This document shows, in pieces, positions 38,201-49,983 of a stretch of DNA of 64,000 nucleotides. The notes below the pieces were generated by a model that made no database searches, had not been told where the DNA came from, and was given only the letters and a program-made list of their open reading frames with translations. Positions within the stretch are counted from its first letter, which is position 1, and each line of letters begins with the position of its first letter. The stretch covers positions 14,198,001 to 14,262,000 of the forward strand of contig CP158635.1 in the NCBI GenBank assembly GCA_050273025.1. The letters run 5' to 3'. The DNA is from Cenococcum geophilum. Lineage: Eukaryota. The position numbers were made by a program, and so were the translations under genes.

Positions 38201-41200
38201 ATAACTCCTTATTATAGATGTTATAGTTTAGTTCTAGTAGTATTATCTTTTAACTATAGTATACCACTAAGTGCTATCCATCTTTATATTTTTATAGAAA
38301 GTACGCTCCTAGCGTATAGTCTAATGCATTTGTTTTAACTACTATCTCTAACTATAGTTAATAGATCTTAAGAACTAGCTCCTGGGTAAACAACTATTTA
38401 ATTTTCTTAAATAGTTCCTTTTATTCCTTTCCCTATACCTATAGTTTTTCCTTCTTTATTAATCTTATAAGTGGCTTAATATCCTTTAACTATTAAGCTA
38501 TAAACCTTCTATAGTAGTTACAAAACCCTAGAAATAACCTTAACTGTATTATGTTTTCTAGTTCTTGCCAATTTACTATAGCCTTAATCTTCTTTAGATC
38601 TATACTAAGTTAGCCTAGTTTAATAATAAATTCTACAAAATCTGTCTTCCTGGTAAAGAATTTGTATTTCTTAATTACTACTAGCATCTATTCTTTCTAT
38701 AGTCTCTTTAAGACCTATTTAACGTGTTCTCTATATTCTTCCTTACTTATTAAGTAGATAATAATAATATTAAGGTATACTATAATAAATTTATCTAAGT
38801 ATTCTCTTAATATATTATTAATACGCTTCTAAAATATTACTAGTGCGTTTATAAGCCCAACTTATATAACTAGTAATTTATATAGTCCTTCCTTTAACCT
38901 AAAGGCTGCCTTCTATTTATCGCCTTCCTTAATTCTAATCTAATAGTACGCCTATCTTAGATCTATCTTTATAAAAATTTACGCGTTACCAATCCTATCT
39001 TAGATTTCGCTAATTAAGGGTAAAGGATACCTATTCTTCCTAGTAATGCTATTTAACTGCCTATAGTTAATACATAGCCTAAGTTTTTTATTCTTCTTTG
39101 GTACGAATAGTACTAGATATCCTACTAATAACTGCGATGGTCTAATATATCCTTTTTAAAGATTTTCCTAGACAAACTCCTTAAGTGCCTATAACTCTTT
39201 TTCTGTTAATTTATAAGTTAGGTAGAACCTTAAACTTATTCCTAGTTCTAGCTTTATTTTATAGTTCTATACTATATAATTTAATAGCTTTTACTTTCTA
39301 GTAACTATAGCTTCTTACTATACTTATAGTATCTTTTTGGTATATGGCTTAATCTTTAATTGGTCTCCTTATATATTACTCCGACTTAGTACTATACTAA
39401 CTTAGTTTATTATTACATTTTATATTATTATATATCTCTAATATTAACCTAACCTATAACCTAATTAATCTTTAGATTATATTTCTATAACTAAGGCATT
39501 CCTAATACTGCCTTATTATTCCCTAATAGTAATATATTAAAAGATATCTTAACTTATCTCCCTTTAATAGTTATCTAAATTGGTCCTATTTTAAGATTAA
39601 TAATGCCTCCTCTATAGGCTATTAGATCTCCTAAAATTATTACTAATAGATAAAGGTACTCTTTTTGCCTATATAGTAGCCCTATTCTTTTAACTACTGC
39701 TAATAAGATATGGTTTTATATTACTCCACTATCTACTAACGCTTTAAACTGTTAATCTTGCTAATTAATTCTTAGGTTTAAGTGTTATCCTTAAATTCCT
39801 TTAAGGGTCTAAGGCTCTACTACTAGCTCCCTTTAGTCCTATAGGCCTCTTCTTTTCCTAACTATTAGCTGCTTAATCCTATTATACTTAGCTTATTCTT
39901 TAGCTAATACCTAGTTCGCTTTTTATCTTTAATATACTATAGATAGGTATTTTCTAGATATTTCTACTATTATTATCCATCTAAGCATCCTTCCGTAAGG
40001 AATTTTCCTAGTTAAAGTATTAAATTTCCTTCCTCTTAGACTTCTGCTGGATGCCAGCCGTATATATACTTAGCATTCCTATACTATTATTTATCTGTTA
40101 TCCAGTATATCCTTATAGAGTATTTCCGGTTTTTCTCTTTTAGATTCTTGTGCATCTTATATATATCGTCTATATATATAATCCATAATAGCATATAGTA
40201 TACTAGGTGCTTTAGGTTAACTCTTAACTTATCTTTATTCTTAAGTTTAAACCTCTATTACACTAATCTAAACATTATAACTTTATTCGTAGGTACTAAG
40301 ACGCGCCTCTTACTTCTCTCTCTAATCGTTCCTCTAAATCCTTTAATATTATAATTAAGGCTCCCTTAATATAATTTATCGCCTTTTCCGTAATTAGGTG
40401 GTCTTAGATAACTTTTTCGTCCAACTATATATAGAAATCTTCCCACTTATTATTATATTGTTGCCTATACTACTTTTAGTATAGCTGCTAGAGTATATAC
40501 GGTTTATCCGTAAAGAAGTATCTTCTTATTACTGTGTTATAACAGCCTTTTATATATCGTTCTTTAAACCTAGTAGGAATCCCTAGATCTTCTTTATTTT
40601 CTAGTTTAGTAAGCTACTTAGCTCTTAGTATACCTATTCTTAGCCTATTAGTAATTCTTTATATAAGTGCTTTATCCCTTATATGACCTAGTGTGCTAGA
40701 TCTTATATCTAGTTTTTTTTCTTACTATATGATAATTCTTGCTCTAAATTCGTCTATAGTTTCTTTTTATTTACGTCTTATAATTAGATCCTTAAAGTTC
40801 TCTTACTTCTTAATCGCTATATTAACTTTTTAATCTTTAGGCCGAATACTATATTTCCCTAGTAAGTCTTCTAAGTCTATATATCTGTCTCTTAATCTAA
40901 CTGCTATTTCTACTACCGATTCTCTAATCTATAGCAAAGTCTCTTACTTCTTTCTTATGGGTGTCCTTATTTATACTCCAAATTCTTAACCCCTTAAATT
41001 CTTTAATCCTAAGCTTGCTTCTTTCTTAAGCTGCGCTCTAGCCTTAGTCTAACTAGGCTTTACTAGTGTCCTCATCTTATCTTAAGAGTCCTAGATCTCA
41101 TTTATCTCGTCTTAAAAGTCTTATACCTTTAGGAAACTTCGTCCTAAGCTTATTCGTATATTACTAAACTAAGCTATTACTCTATCCCATTAGTTTTTAT

Positions 41201-43826
41201 CTATTATAGGTCCTTAAGCGTACCTTATCTTATCTTAAGAATCTTAGTCATCTCTTATCTTATCTTAAGAATCTTAAGCCTTTGGCCTTTTGCCTTTATT
41301 AAGTAGTAAGCTAGCACTAGCAGTTATCTACTTACTTAATCGTCTCTAGATATTGCTCCTTCCGTCTTATAAAGCAATAGATGCCATATCTAATGGTATT
41401 ATAATACCCGTTACTAAACCTTACTTTATAGCGGTCTTAGTTTCTACTTCTATTGCATTATTAAGGTTTAGATACCCCCAGTTAGTTCCTTTACTATCCT
41501 CGTTGCTATTAATTAATAAGTACTCTAACTCCATTATTATTATTACTAATCTTTATCCGTATATTACTATAATATCCTAATCCAGCTTATAGAGTTAATC
41601 TTATTCTTTATCTAACTCTTTAGTTCCTTTAAGTCCTCTTAACTCTAGCTTTTATAGCTAATAGCTTGCACTATACTTAGCGTCTTTATAAATTTAGCAT
41701 GCGTTATTATAATAAAACGCAAAACTTTTAATTAAACATTCTTTTGTTTCTTATAGTACACTATTATCCCTCTATACATTTATATTATATACTGCTAGTC
41801 TAGTTCCCTTTACTACGTAATAACTCTAACCACTTTTATAGTCTTTAGTAAAATAACCCTATTTTCCGTAATTTATATAAGCTCCCTCTTTAAACTATTG
41901 CTTTTATTATAGAGTCCGCTTAAATATCTTCTACTACTAAGATCCTTAGTTTGGCCTATACTCTCTAGTCCTATAATTACTTAATCCTTAACCTTTAGGT
42001 TTCTATAGTTTCTTACTCCATCTTTTATAGATTTCTTTAGTACTACTTAGGTCTATTAGCTCTGCGCTATACTATATTTTCTAATTTAGCTTAGGTTGTT
42101 GCGTACTCTATGTCTTATATAACTATAGAACTCTATCCTAACCTCTCTTAGTCTGTTCCCTTTAGTAGATCCTATTATTAATTTTTATTACTTAATCTAT
42201 TAGTTCCCTTAGGGTGTCCACGTCTTCTATTAGAATAATTATATTCTAGACTTTAGCCTTAAGTCCCTATTTATACTATACCATAAGCGCCTTATTATTT
42301 TACTTAACTTATATAGCTAGCGTTTAGAACTATATTATATACTTAATTACTAAGGTTTGTTATATAATGTCTTAGAGTTTTCTTTCCGCTATAGTTATTG
42401 CCTTTAGATCTTTAAACATTTGTATAAGTTGCTCTGCGAATCCACTTTAGCTTAAGAATATAAACCGTACCTCTTAGTTCGTAGTTATTATTCTATTTAC
42501 TTATATCTCTATAAGGTAAGGCTTAAACTATTTAAGTGCTCTTCCTAATAAGAATAATCCTACATATGCTACTTAATCTATAGTTATTACTAGCTTTGCT
42601 CCCTTTTACGCAACCTTAAAGTATATTTGCGTAAGGAATCCTTTAAGCTTCGATCTCTCTCCTAAGAATCTTTTAATTAATAGTAACTTAACCTTTACTA
42701 CTCCTATTCCATTAATCCTATTTTTAAGTGCTACATTATCTCCCATTAACTAGTCGACTATTGCTTATAACTGTCCTACCGTTATAGGTTGTTAGGAATT
42801 AGTATCTGCTATACTAGTATCGTTACCTAATCCTAACGTAGTTACCGCCGTCAATGGCGTCGTGGTGGCTGCTTTTAGTAGCATATTATTTAACTTACTA
42901 AGACCGTAACGGTGGTAGTGATTATGTAACGGAGCCTTATAGCAGGAACTACGGTAGACTTGTTAATGGGCTAGGTATATAGGTACCGTAGGTAAGTTAA
43001 TAATATAATAATAACTAGTGGAGTAGTTGCCTAATAGATTAACTCTAATTGTATTCTAAGAATTACTATAAGGAAGGAACTATCTAGGTAGGGATTGAGG
43101 GTCCTTAAATACATAACCGTACTTCTATAAAATCCTTCTTATACGTAATATACGTGTTATATATAAGGTACGTAAGTTCCTCTTATTCCTCGCGTTTAAT
43201 ACATAGCACGTTATATAACCTCGGTTACTATTCTTTATTATATAGTTCTACGGGTTCCATCCTGGACCGTACTTGTATTAACCAACTAGCTTCTTCTAAC
43301 TCTTCTCCAAGTAGTCGTAACATCGTACTTAAAGCGTTCGTAACAATATTAAAAAATATCTTAATTCGTCTTCCTTTAATGGTTATCTAAATAGGTCCTA
43401 TTTTAAGATTAATAATACCTCCTCTATAAGCTATTGGATTTTTTAAAATTGTAATAAATAGATAGAAGTACTCCTTCTATCTATAAAGTAGTTTTATCCA
43501 CTTAACTACTACTAGTAATATATAGTTTCTTATTACTCTACTATCTATTAGTACTTTAAACTATTAATCTTACTAATTAACTTATAAATTTAGGTATTGT
43601 CCTTAAATTCCTTTAAGGGGTTAAGGCTTTACTACTAGCTCCCTTTAGTTCTATAGGCTTCTACTTTTCCTAACTATTAGCTGCTTAATCCTTATATACT
43701 TAGCTCGTTCTTTAGCTAATACCTAGTTTACTTTTTATCCTTAATATACTATAAATATATATTCTCTAGGCATTCCCACTACTATTATCCGTTTAAGTAT
43801 TCTTCTATAAAAAATCTTTTTAGTTA
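35283..43826 (-). mobile_element. Gypsy H remnant (protease region only: 35283-35345 plus 43346-~43826), a diverged relative of Gypsy I and host to Gypsy I and D
   Basis: 35283-35345 joined to 43351-43826 aligns by eye with the protease region of Gypsy I (~39476-40013), with indels and transversions as well as RIP changes. Similarity ends abruptly at ~43826. Confidence 0.75.
35346..43345 (-). mobile_element. Gypsy I, structurally complete (8.0 kb), RIP-degraded, 421-bp LTRs
   Basis: LTRs 35346-35766 and 42925-43345 (TGTAAC...GTAACA); TSD atatt at 35341-35345 and 43346-43350; PPT complement ccatctccctcctctct at 35767. Minus-strand RT '[18 protein letters not shown]' ~39050-39105, protease ~39730, gag knuckle ~41840-41880. 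Confidence 0.93.
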
Positions 43827-43829
43827 GCG

Positions 43830-45750
43830 GATGGAGACTGTTTCTTATAGTTCTCCAATATAATCTTTTATAAGTAGCCCTTTTCCTTATTTATAAGAGC
43901 ATAGATATAATAGAAGAGCTCTACTCTTTTCTTAGCCTTAGTCTTTAGATACCGCGCTAGCTTCCTTAGTAGGATATCTATAGATAAAACTATAGATGTT
44001 CTACCTAGACTAAGCTTTTACCCTATATTAAATACGGATAGATTAGAATCTACATTACTATATATAGACACTCTTAAAGATATATTACTAGCAAAATTAG
44101 TAGCTTTGTCTTCTTGTAATACCTCTTATAATACCTCTTACTTAACACGATATTTATAGCTAAGTTAACTTAGCTAGGATTAGAAAGCTCTACCTATATA
44201 ACTATAACCTTTAGCTAGCCTAGTAATATCCTTACGCGGACCTTTATATCAATTCTTAATTAGGAATATTACTACACTTATTTAACTACTACTGTAAGCA
44301 GCGCGCCCAAATTGTTGCTATATTATGTTAATTAACTTTATTCTAGGTATATAATACTGCACAATATAATTAATATTAGGAATATCGCCTCGTAGGCGCC
44401 TCGTAGGCGAGTCCTAAGAGGCGGGGAGATGGATCACGGGGTTTTCTCAAGTTGAGTCTTTCTTAAGTTGAGTTTTCTCCCCACATATAAATAAGGAGTA
44501 GTCCGCGTAGGCCCAATAGGGATCCGAATCGGACGTTAAGCAAAGAATTATTATTATTAATATTAGGAATATTAGTGCTATAGGTAAGCGTATTAGAAGA
44601 GACTAGAATGTGGATTTTAGAGTTAGGCTTTCTAAACTCCTTATATAGTCTATCCTTATCCGCGGTAGCTAATGATGTATAATAAAGCTAAACTACTTTT
44701 TTAGCCTGCGCTTTTTAGTACCTATAATATATTAACCACAAACAAATTATATCTTTGCATTGTAATATTATATCCTTTAAATTAAAGAAGATAATTGTCT
44801 TTAGGATTTAGTAAGGAGTTGGCGTATATTTAACCCTCTAATAGGCAGATATAGCGGATATCTAACTAGATACCCTTCCGATCAGTATAAATAATAGATT
44901 CCCTTTTAGAGCTTTTTTATACGTGCGGTCTATAATAAAGTATAAGCTCTTAAAAAACTTCTTACTTCCTTACTTAACATATTTTCTAATAATTAATAGA
45001 TCTAGCCGGTTAATTAACGTCCGTACTATATTTATATTATCTTAAAAGCCCGCTAACTCTTATATAATCTTAAACGTTATATTATTAAGCGTTACAGTAT
45101 AAGTAAACTAAGGCCTTCGCCCTAATAATAATTATACTTTCTATAGCTATATATACGAACTCCGGAATAAACCCCCCTAATTAGCTATAAGGTGCACTTT
45201 ATTAATTACCACTAAGCTAATGTACATGCGGAAAGTAGGGTAGGTAAGAGTTTTATAGAGCTTTTTCCTAGCTAATAGCTCCGGCGATATTAAAATATAG
45301 ATATATACTCTAATGCGGATTTCCCCTAAAAGATATTTAGATATTATTTTCTTATATATATAAACCGGCCTTATTCTAGGAAGCTCCTTAATCTTTACCT
45401 TTTACTCCGCACTAATTATATTAAGTGGTAAGATAATAATTACCACTAAGGCCCGAAGAAGATATAGTATTGCTTATATTATTATACTCTTACTAAATAA
45501 GGTTCTTATAATAAGTATTATATCTTTTTCCTTAAACAGCAACTATTTAAGAACTTTAAGCTGCTCCATATATCCGTGGTACGGATATAAAAATGCAATA
45601 GCCTTATTAATCTTACTTAGCTGCTAGGCCTCGCTCTTCCTGCGAAGCGTAAGAAGCTAATCTTAAAGGTCCTATAGCCGTCGTGCCCGCTCTATTATAT
45701 AACCTCTCTAAGTTTAAGTATCCGGCACCTAATACGGTAGCAGCTGTTGT
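43830..45750 (-). pseudogene. RIP-inactivated RecQ-type SF2 helicase gene (boundaries approximate), interrupted by a LINE stub
   Basis: Minus-strand motifs in order: I 'DIILIIRTLFSKSI' (de-RIP DMILIARTSFGKSM, ~45483-45524); II 'LVVINKVHLIAN*G' (LVVIDEVHLVANWG, ~45175-45215); V 'ILVSSNTLTYSTNIPNI' (~44560-44610); VI 'QQFGRAA' (~44297-44318). Many TAA/TAG stops. Confidence 0.8.
44386..44555 (+). mobile_element. 170-bp 5'-truncated stub of the same LINE family (3' UTR plus ATT tail), largely un-RIPped
   Basis: Matches the 3' ends of copies A, B and C (gggatccgaatcggacgttaagca...attattatt); 17-bp TSD attaatattaggaatat at 44369-44385 and 44556-44572. Confidence 0.93.
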
Positions 45751-46871
45751 AGTATCTTATTTAACCTTCTATCTTTCCTTTTAATAGGTTTTTGTGGCGG
45801 CATACTATAGGTTAACTTAAATATCCGTGACTTAGTAGCCGGCTTATAGTAGGGTTTAGAGTAAGATTATCCAGTATAACGCGGATGCTGTATATCCACC
45901 TAGCTATAGTAGGTGCCTTAAGGTACCTATTATAGATCTATATAGGTTTTATGCACATTAGCTAGCGTTTAATAAAATTATATATAGTTCTACAATCCCT
46001 AAGAACGCGTTTTTTTTTTATATGAAAATAAGCATAAGACCTAAAAATACCTAAGTAATAAAAATGATATATTCTAAAAGCCTAGGCTCTGTTGTATAAT
46101 CGATGAACTTTGGGAAGTAATATAAAATATTAGTGTTAAGTTATTTGAATATCCGCAACCTCCGCAACGCGGATATCGTCGGAGCGCGTAAGAAACATTG
46201 GAAATGTCCCTTAGACGTGATTCCGGTGGTTTCGCACAAACGTAGTTAGTCAGGTTGCGGGCCGATTGAAAATCCGCACCAACGGAATCACGTCTGAGCT
46301 TGCTGAGGTAAAGGTGATGGAGCCCCTGGAACTCTGGGCCTTTATGGGAAGTAGCCACTAGTCCCAAAAAGGAAGGGTAAGTCTATTTTCGCGCGGTCCT
46401 CCGTACCAACCTTGCATGCATTCGTGGCTGAGAGACATCATCGATAAAGCTTCGGCCAAGAACCGTCTGACGTTCAGGTCGCCCACAAATGGCAAGCTGG
46501 AACTATCGAGTCACACGTCAGCAAAGTTCAATTGCCAGGAAGCCTTTTATTATTCCATATGTCGACTCCGATTGCATCGAGAAAATATCTACCCGAGTCA
46601 GCGACTTGGCTGAAACCGAAACCCGACAGCGATTAAGCCGACCGAGCATCTGCGTCGTTGGCCGCGGCGCTGTCCAGCCGCGTTCCCACTCTCTCTCTTC
46701 GATGATTCCACCCTGTCCATAGCTTCACTAAGAGGGTTTAGATGGAAATGAAGAAGCGAAACTCTGAATTACCTGTCAGGTAGACATCAACCCGCTTTTT
46801 CCGGACGAACAACCGGACGACCACTTGAGGGCGCACACACTGAAGTTTAACCCTCTCAATATTTCTACATA

Positions 46872-48776
46872 ATGGAGAACGACGCGGTTTTTGCTACCGA
46901 AGCTGATGTTGATGTTGGGTTTCACCCCGCCCATTCCAGCAAGCCTCCAAACCGATACTCTGGAAATGACTATGTGAGAAAGGGTAGCAAAGCAGAGTCC
47001 GGCCCGAGTGCGCGGCAGCACCCTGCCCATGAGGAGACACCGCTACTAAGAAGGGAAGACGGTGGGTACTCGGATAGGCATTGGGGAGAGGAAGGCAATA
47101 ATGAACTATCTTCGTGGCCAGGAATGACGGAATTCGAAGGGCTGCCATGGTGGAAAAAACCTTCGGTATGAGCTGCAATTCATCAACCTTTCGTGGGTTT
47201 GCTAACTCCTTTGAACCAGATCTTCTGGCTTCTACCAGCATTCCTCCTCTTTGCACTTGCCTTCGGAGGCATTGTTGTCCCAAAACTTAACCTCATACTC
47301 ACTTTAATATGCCGCGAGTACATCGCCGATCGATCCGCCGATGACCCAAACTTTACAGTGCTCCCTGTGGTCTTTGGGGGGGAGAATCCACAATGCCGAA
47401 TTCCTGAGGTCCAATCCCGTGTTGCACAGTTCACGCTATATGGGAATTTGATCTCGGGAATTCTGTCTGCAATTACGAGTCCAAAGCTTGGAGCCCTTTC
47501 GGATCGATATGGACGCAAGAAACTACTGTTAGTATCAGCAGCAGGAATGCTTACTGGAGAAATCATCACAATATTTGCTGCAAAATACCCAGAATCATTC
47601 CCATTTAACTGGATCCTTGTCGGATATGCCATGGATGGCTTGTGTGGGTCGTTTATTGTTGGAATGGTTCTCGCCCATTCGTACGCAACAGACTGTACTC
47701 CTCCGCAGGAGAGGAACGTAGCATTTGGTTACTTCCACGGCTGTCTCTTTACTGGCATCGCTTTAGGACCAATCGTTGCTGGATATATTATTAAAGGCAC
47801 GAACTCCGTCTTATCAGTTTTCTACGTTGCACTTGGTTGCCACTTACTTTTTATCGTGTTTTTGATATTTTTCATACCCGAATCGCTCTCGAAAACTCGT
47901 CAAGCCGCAGCACGTGAAAAGCATCGGCTTGAAGTGATCCGGCTTGGACCTGCAGCAGACTGGATCAACCAAATAAGAGCATTTAACTTGCTAGCGCCGC
48001 TCAAGATCCTTTATCCAACGGGGGAAGGCTCTAGCAGCGCTGTCCGTCGAAATTTGCTACTCTTAGCGTCCGTCGATACCATCGTATTCAGTGTAGCGAT
48101 GGGTGCCATGACCGTTATAGTTATATACACGAACATCCAGTTCGGTTGGGGAGATTTTCAATCCAGCGAATTCGTTTCTATTGTTAACAGCTCCCGGGTC
48201 TTCTGTCTCATTATACTTCTCCCGATCGTCAATCGACTTGTCCGTGGTCCCAGCGGCACGTCTCGTCAGAAAAATTCTGGTTCGGATAACTTCGACCTTT
48301 CCGTTATTCGTATTGCGATATTTTTCGACACATTGGGATACTTGGGCTATGCTCTTTCACGTTCGGGCACGCTGTTTATCGTCTCTGGTGTCGTGGCATC
48401 TGTTGGTGGAATTGGATCTCCTACTCTCGGATCTGCACTTACAAAGCATGTACCTCCCGACAGGACTGGACAGCTTCTTGGCGCGACAGGACTTTTACAT
48501 GCATTAGCACGGATTATCGGACCAACCATCTTTAATGCGATATACAGTGCAACAGTAGGGAAGTTCAGGCAGACTGTTTTTGTCTGCTTAGCGGCTACTT
48601 TCGGGTTGGCCTTCTTGTGTAGTTGGTTTATTAGACCACATGGTGAGTCGAAACCAAGTTTTCCGAATGATAATCACTGAGACGACATTGCTACAGTATA
48701 CCTTGACGAACAGGACGTTCCGGATTCCTCTACGCTAGATGAAGAACTCATTAATGGGGAAGGTATGGTACACTAA
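46872..48776 (+). CDS. Major facilitator superfamily transporter (tetracycline-efflux/SLC46-like fungal family), 3 exons: 46872-47165, 47220-48642, 48697-48776; 598 aa
   Basis: MFS motif A 'GALSDRYGRK' and many hydrophobic helices; GT-AG introns (gtatga...gctaac...cag; gtgagt...cag) keep the frame. Confidence 0.92.
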
Positions 48777-49572
48777 ATTCAGACCAAGAGATCTCAGCTT
48801 GAGATTAGTTTGAAGTAGAATGTCTAGAAATAGATGTTTGGAATTATTTATCTTGCCCCAAAACTTTTTCCTAGCCAAAATAACATAGAAATTCTTTTAT
48901 GGGATCAAAATTCTGAAGTTACGTTGTTTGTTTGTTCAAATCCAGCTCAGGAAAAGTCTGTCTCTCCTCTGCTCATTTAAACGACCCTCGATGCCTTCGT
49001 CCATGTATATAACGCCTTGTCTTGTGGGACACGAGATGTTAGGCTGATTTGCGGGCCAAGGAGTGGCCGTAGGTGAGAGTTGTTATGCTAACCGGGGTTA
49101 GAAAAGACTAGGCCTAAACCGTTGTTCAGTGGTGCAGTAATCAAGCTAATCTCATCTTTTAAGGTTTTTGGCGTATGAAATGGCAGATTCTAGTACCCAT
49201 AAGAGTTAGTACTGTTGTTTTTCCTCCGCTCCATGCATCCACTCCATAGACACAGCCAGTTACAAATGGTTCGTTCAAGTAAGTAAGGCGAAAGGCGGTT
49301 GCCTAGTAGTGTTAGCACTCGTTCGCAATCGTGCGAAACGTCCCCATCTTTAAAAGAGCCTCACAGCATGCTACATGTACGGTGCTTTTGCACCTCCAAC
49401 AGAAAAACACCCTCGGGCCCTTAGCTCTTTTAAAATTTTGTATAATGCTGTGCTCTGCCAGCCACTTGAGCTTTATCAACTACGTACTTGAGCCTCAATC
49501 ATAGCCGACCTTAAATGGTTGAATCCAGGCCTGTGGTACTTCTTCTCGCTGCCTTCCCCTTCCTAGCCAATT

Positions 49573-49983
49573 ATGACGGTTATTTTCAGCCGCGCTTTGT
49601 CCAGCGAGGATCAGATCAACGTGATTGGCGTGGTTCTCGCTTTCGCTATCGGTTCTCTTGCCCTTCTTGTTGGCTTTGCGACATGGAGGTTGCAGCGCCG
49701 TCGTCATTTCGCCATGCCCACCAGAAGCGGATGTCCTCACACTCCTTTACCATTCTATCGGTATGCGCTTATTGGCTCTCTATCCACTATACCAAGAAAC
49801 CTACAAAAAAGTCAATGAGCTAAATTATATATCAGATCAGGCCAACATTCACCAACTCGGCTCCAGGCTCTCGCGCCTTCCAGGGCACAAGCTACTCGGT
49901 CCATATCCCCTCCGAATCTGCGTTTGGAACGATGCCGATACTACACCGAGATCGTAGTGGAAGAATGGAGAGGGGCAAGTTGA
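49573..49983 (+). CDS. Small single-TM protein, paralog 1; exons 49573-49760 and 49836-49983; 111 aa; function unknown
   Basis: Hydrophobic helix 'INVIGVVLAFAIGSLALLVGFATW' followed by RLQRRR; phase-2 intron gtatgc...atcag; the spliced C-terminus 'ERCRYYTEIVVEEWRGAS*' matches paralog 2. Confidence 0.7.

Noticed and set aside
45569..45589. Palindrome tatatccgt-ggt-acggatata resembling the MITE ends (possible excision footprint)
   Set aside because: It lies in frame in the helicase relic (LYPYHGY) with no apparent disruption; probably coincidental.
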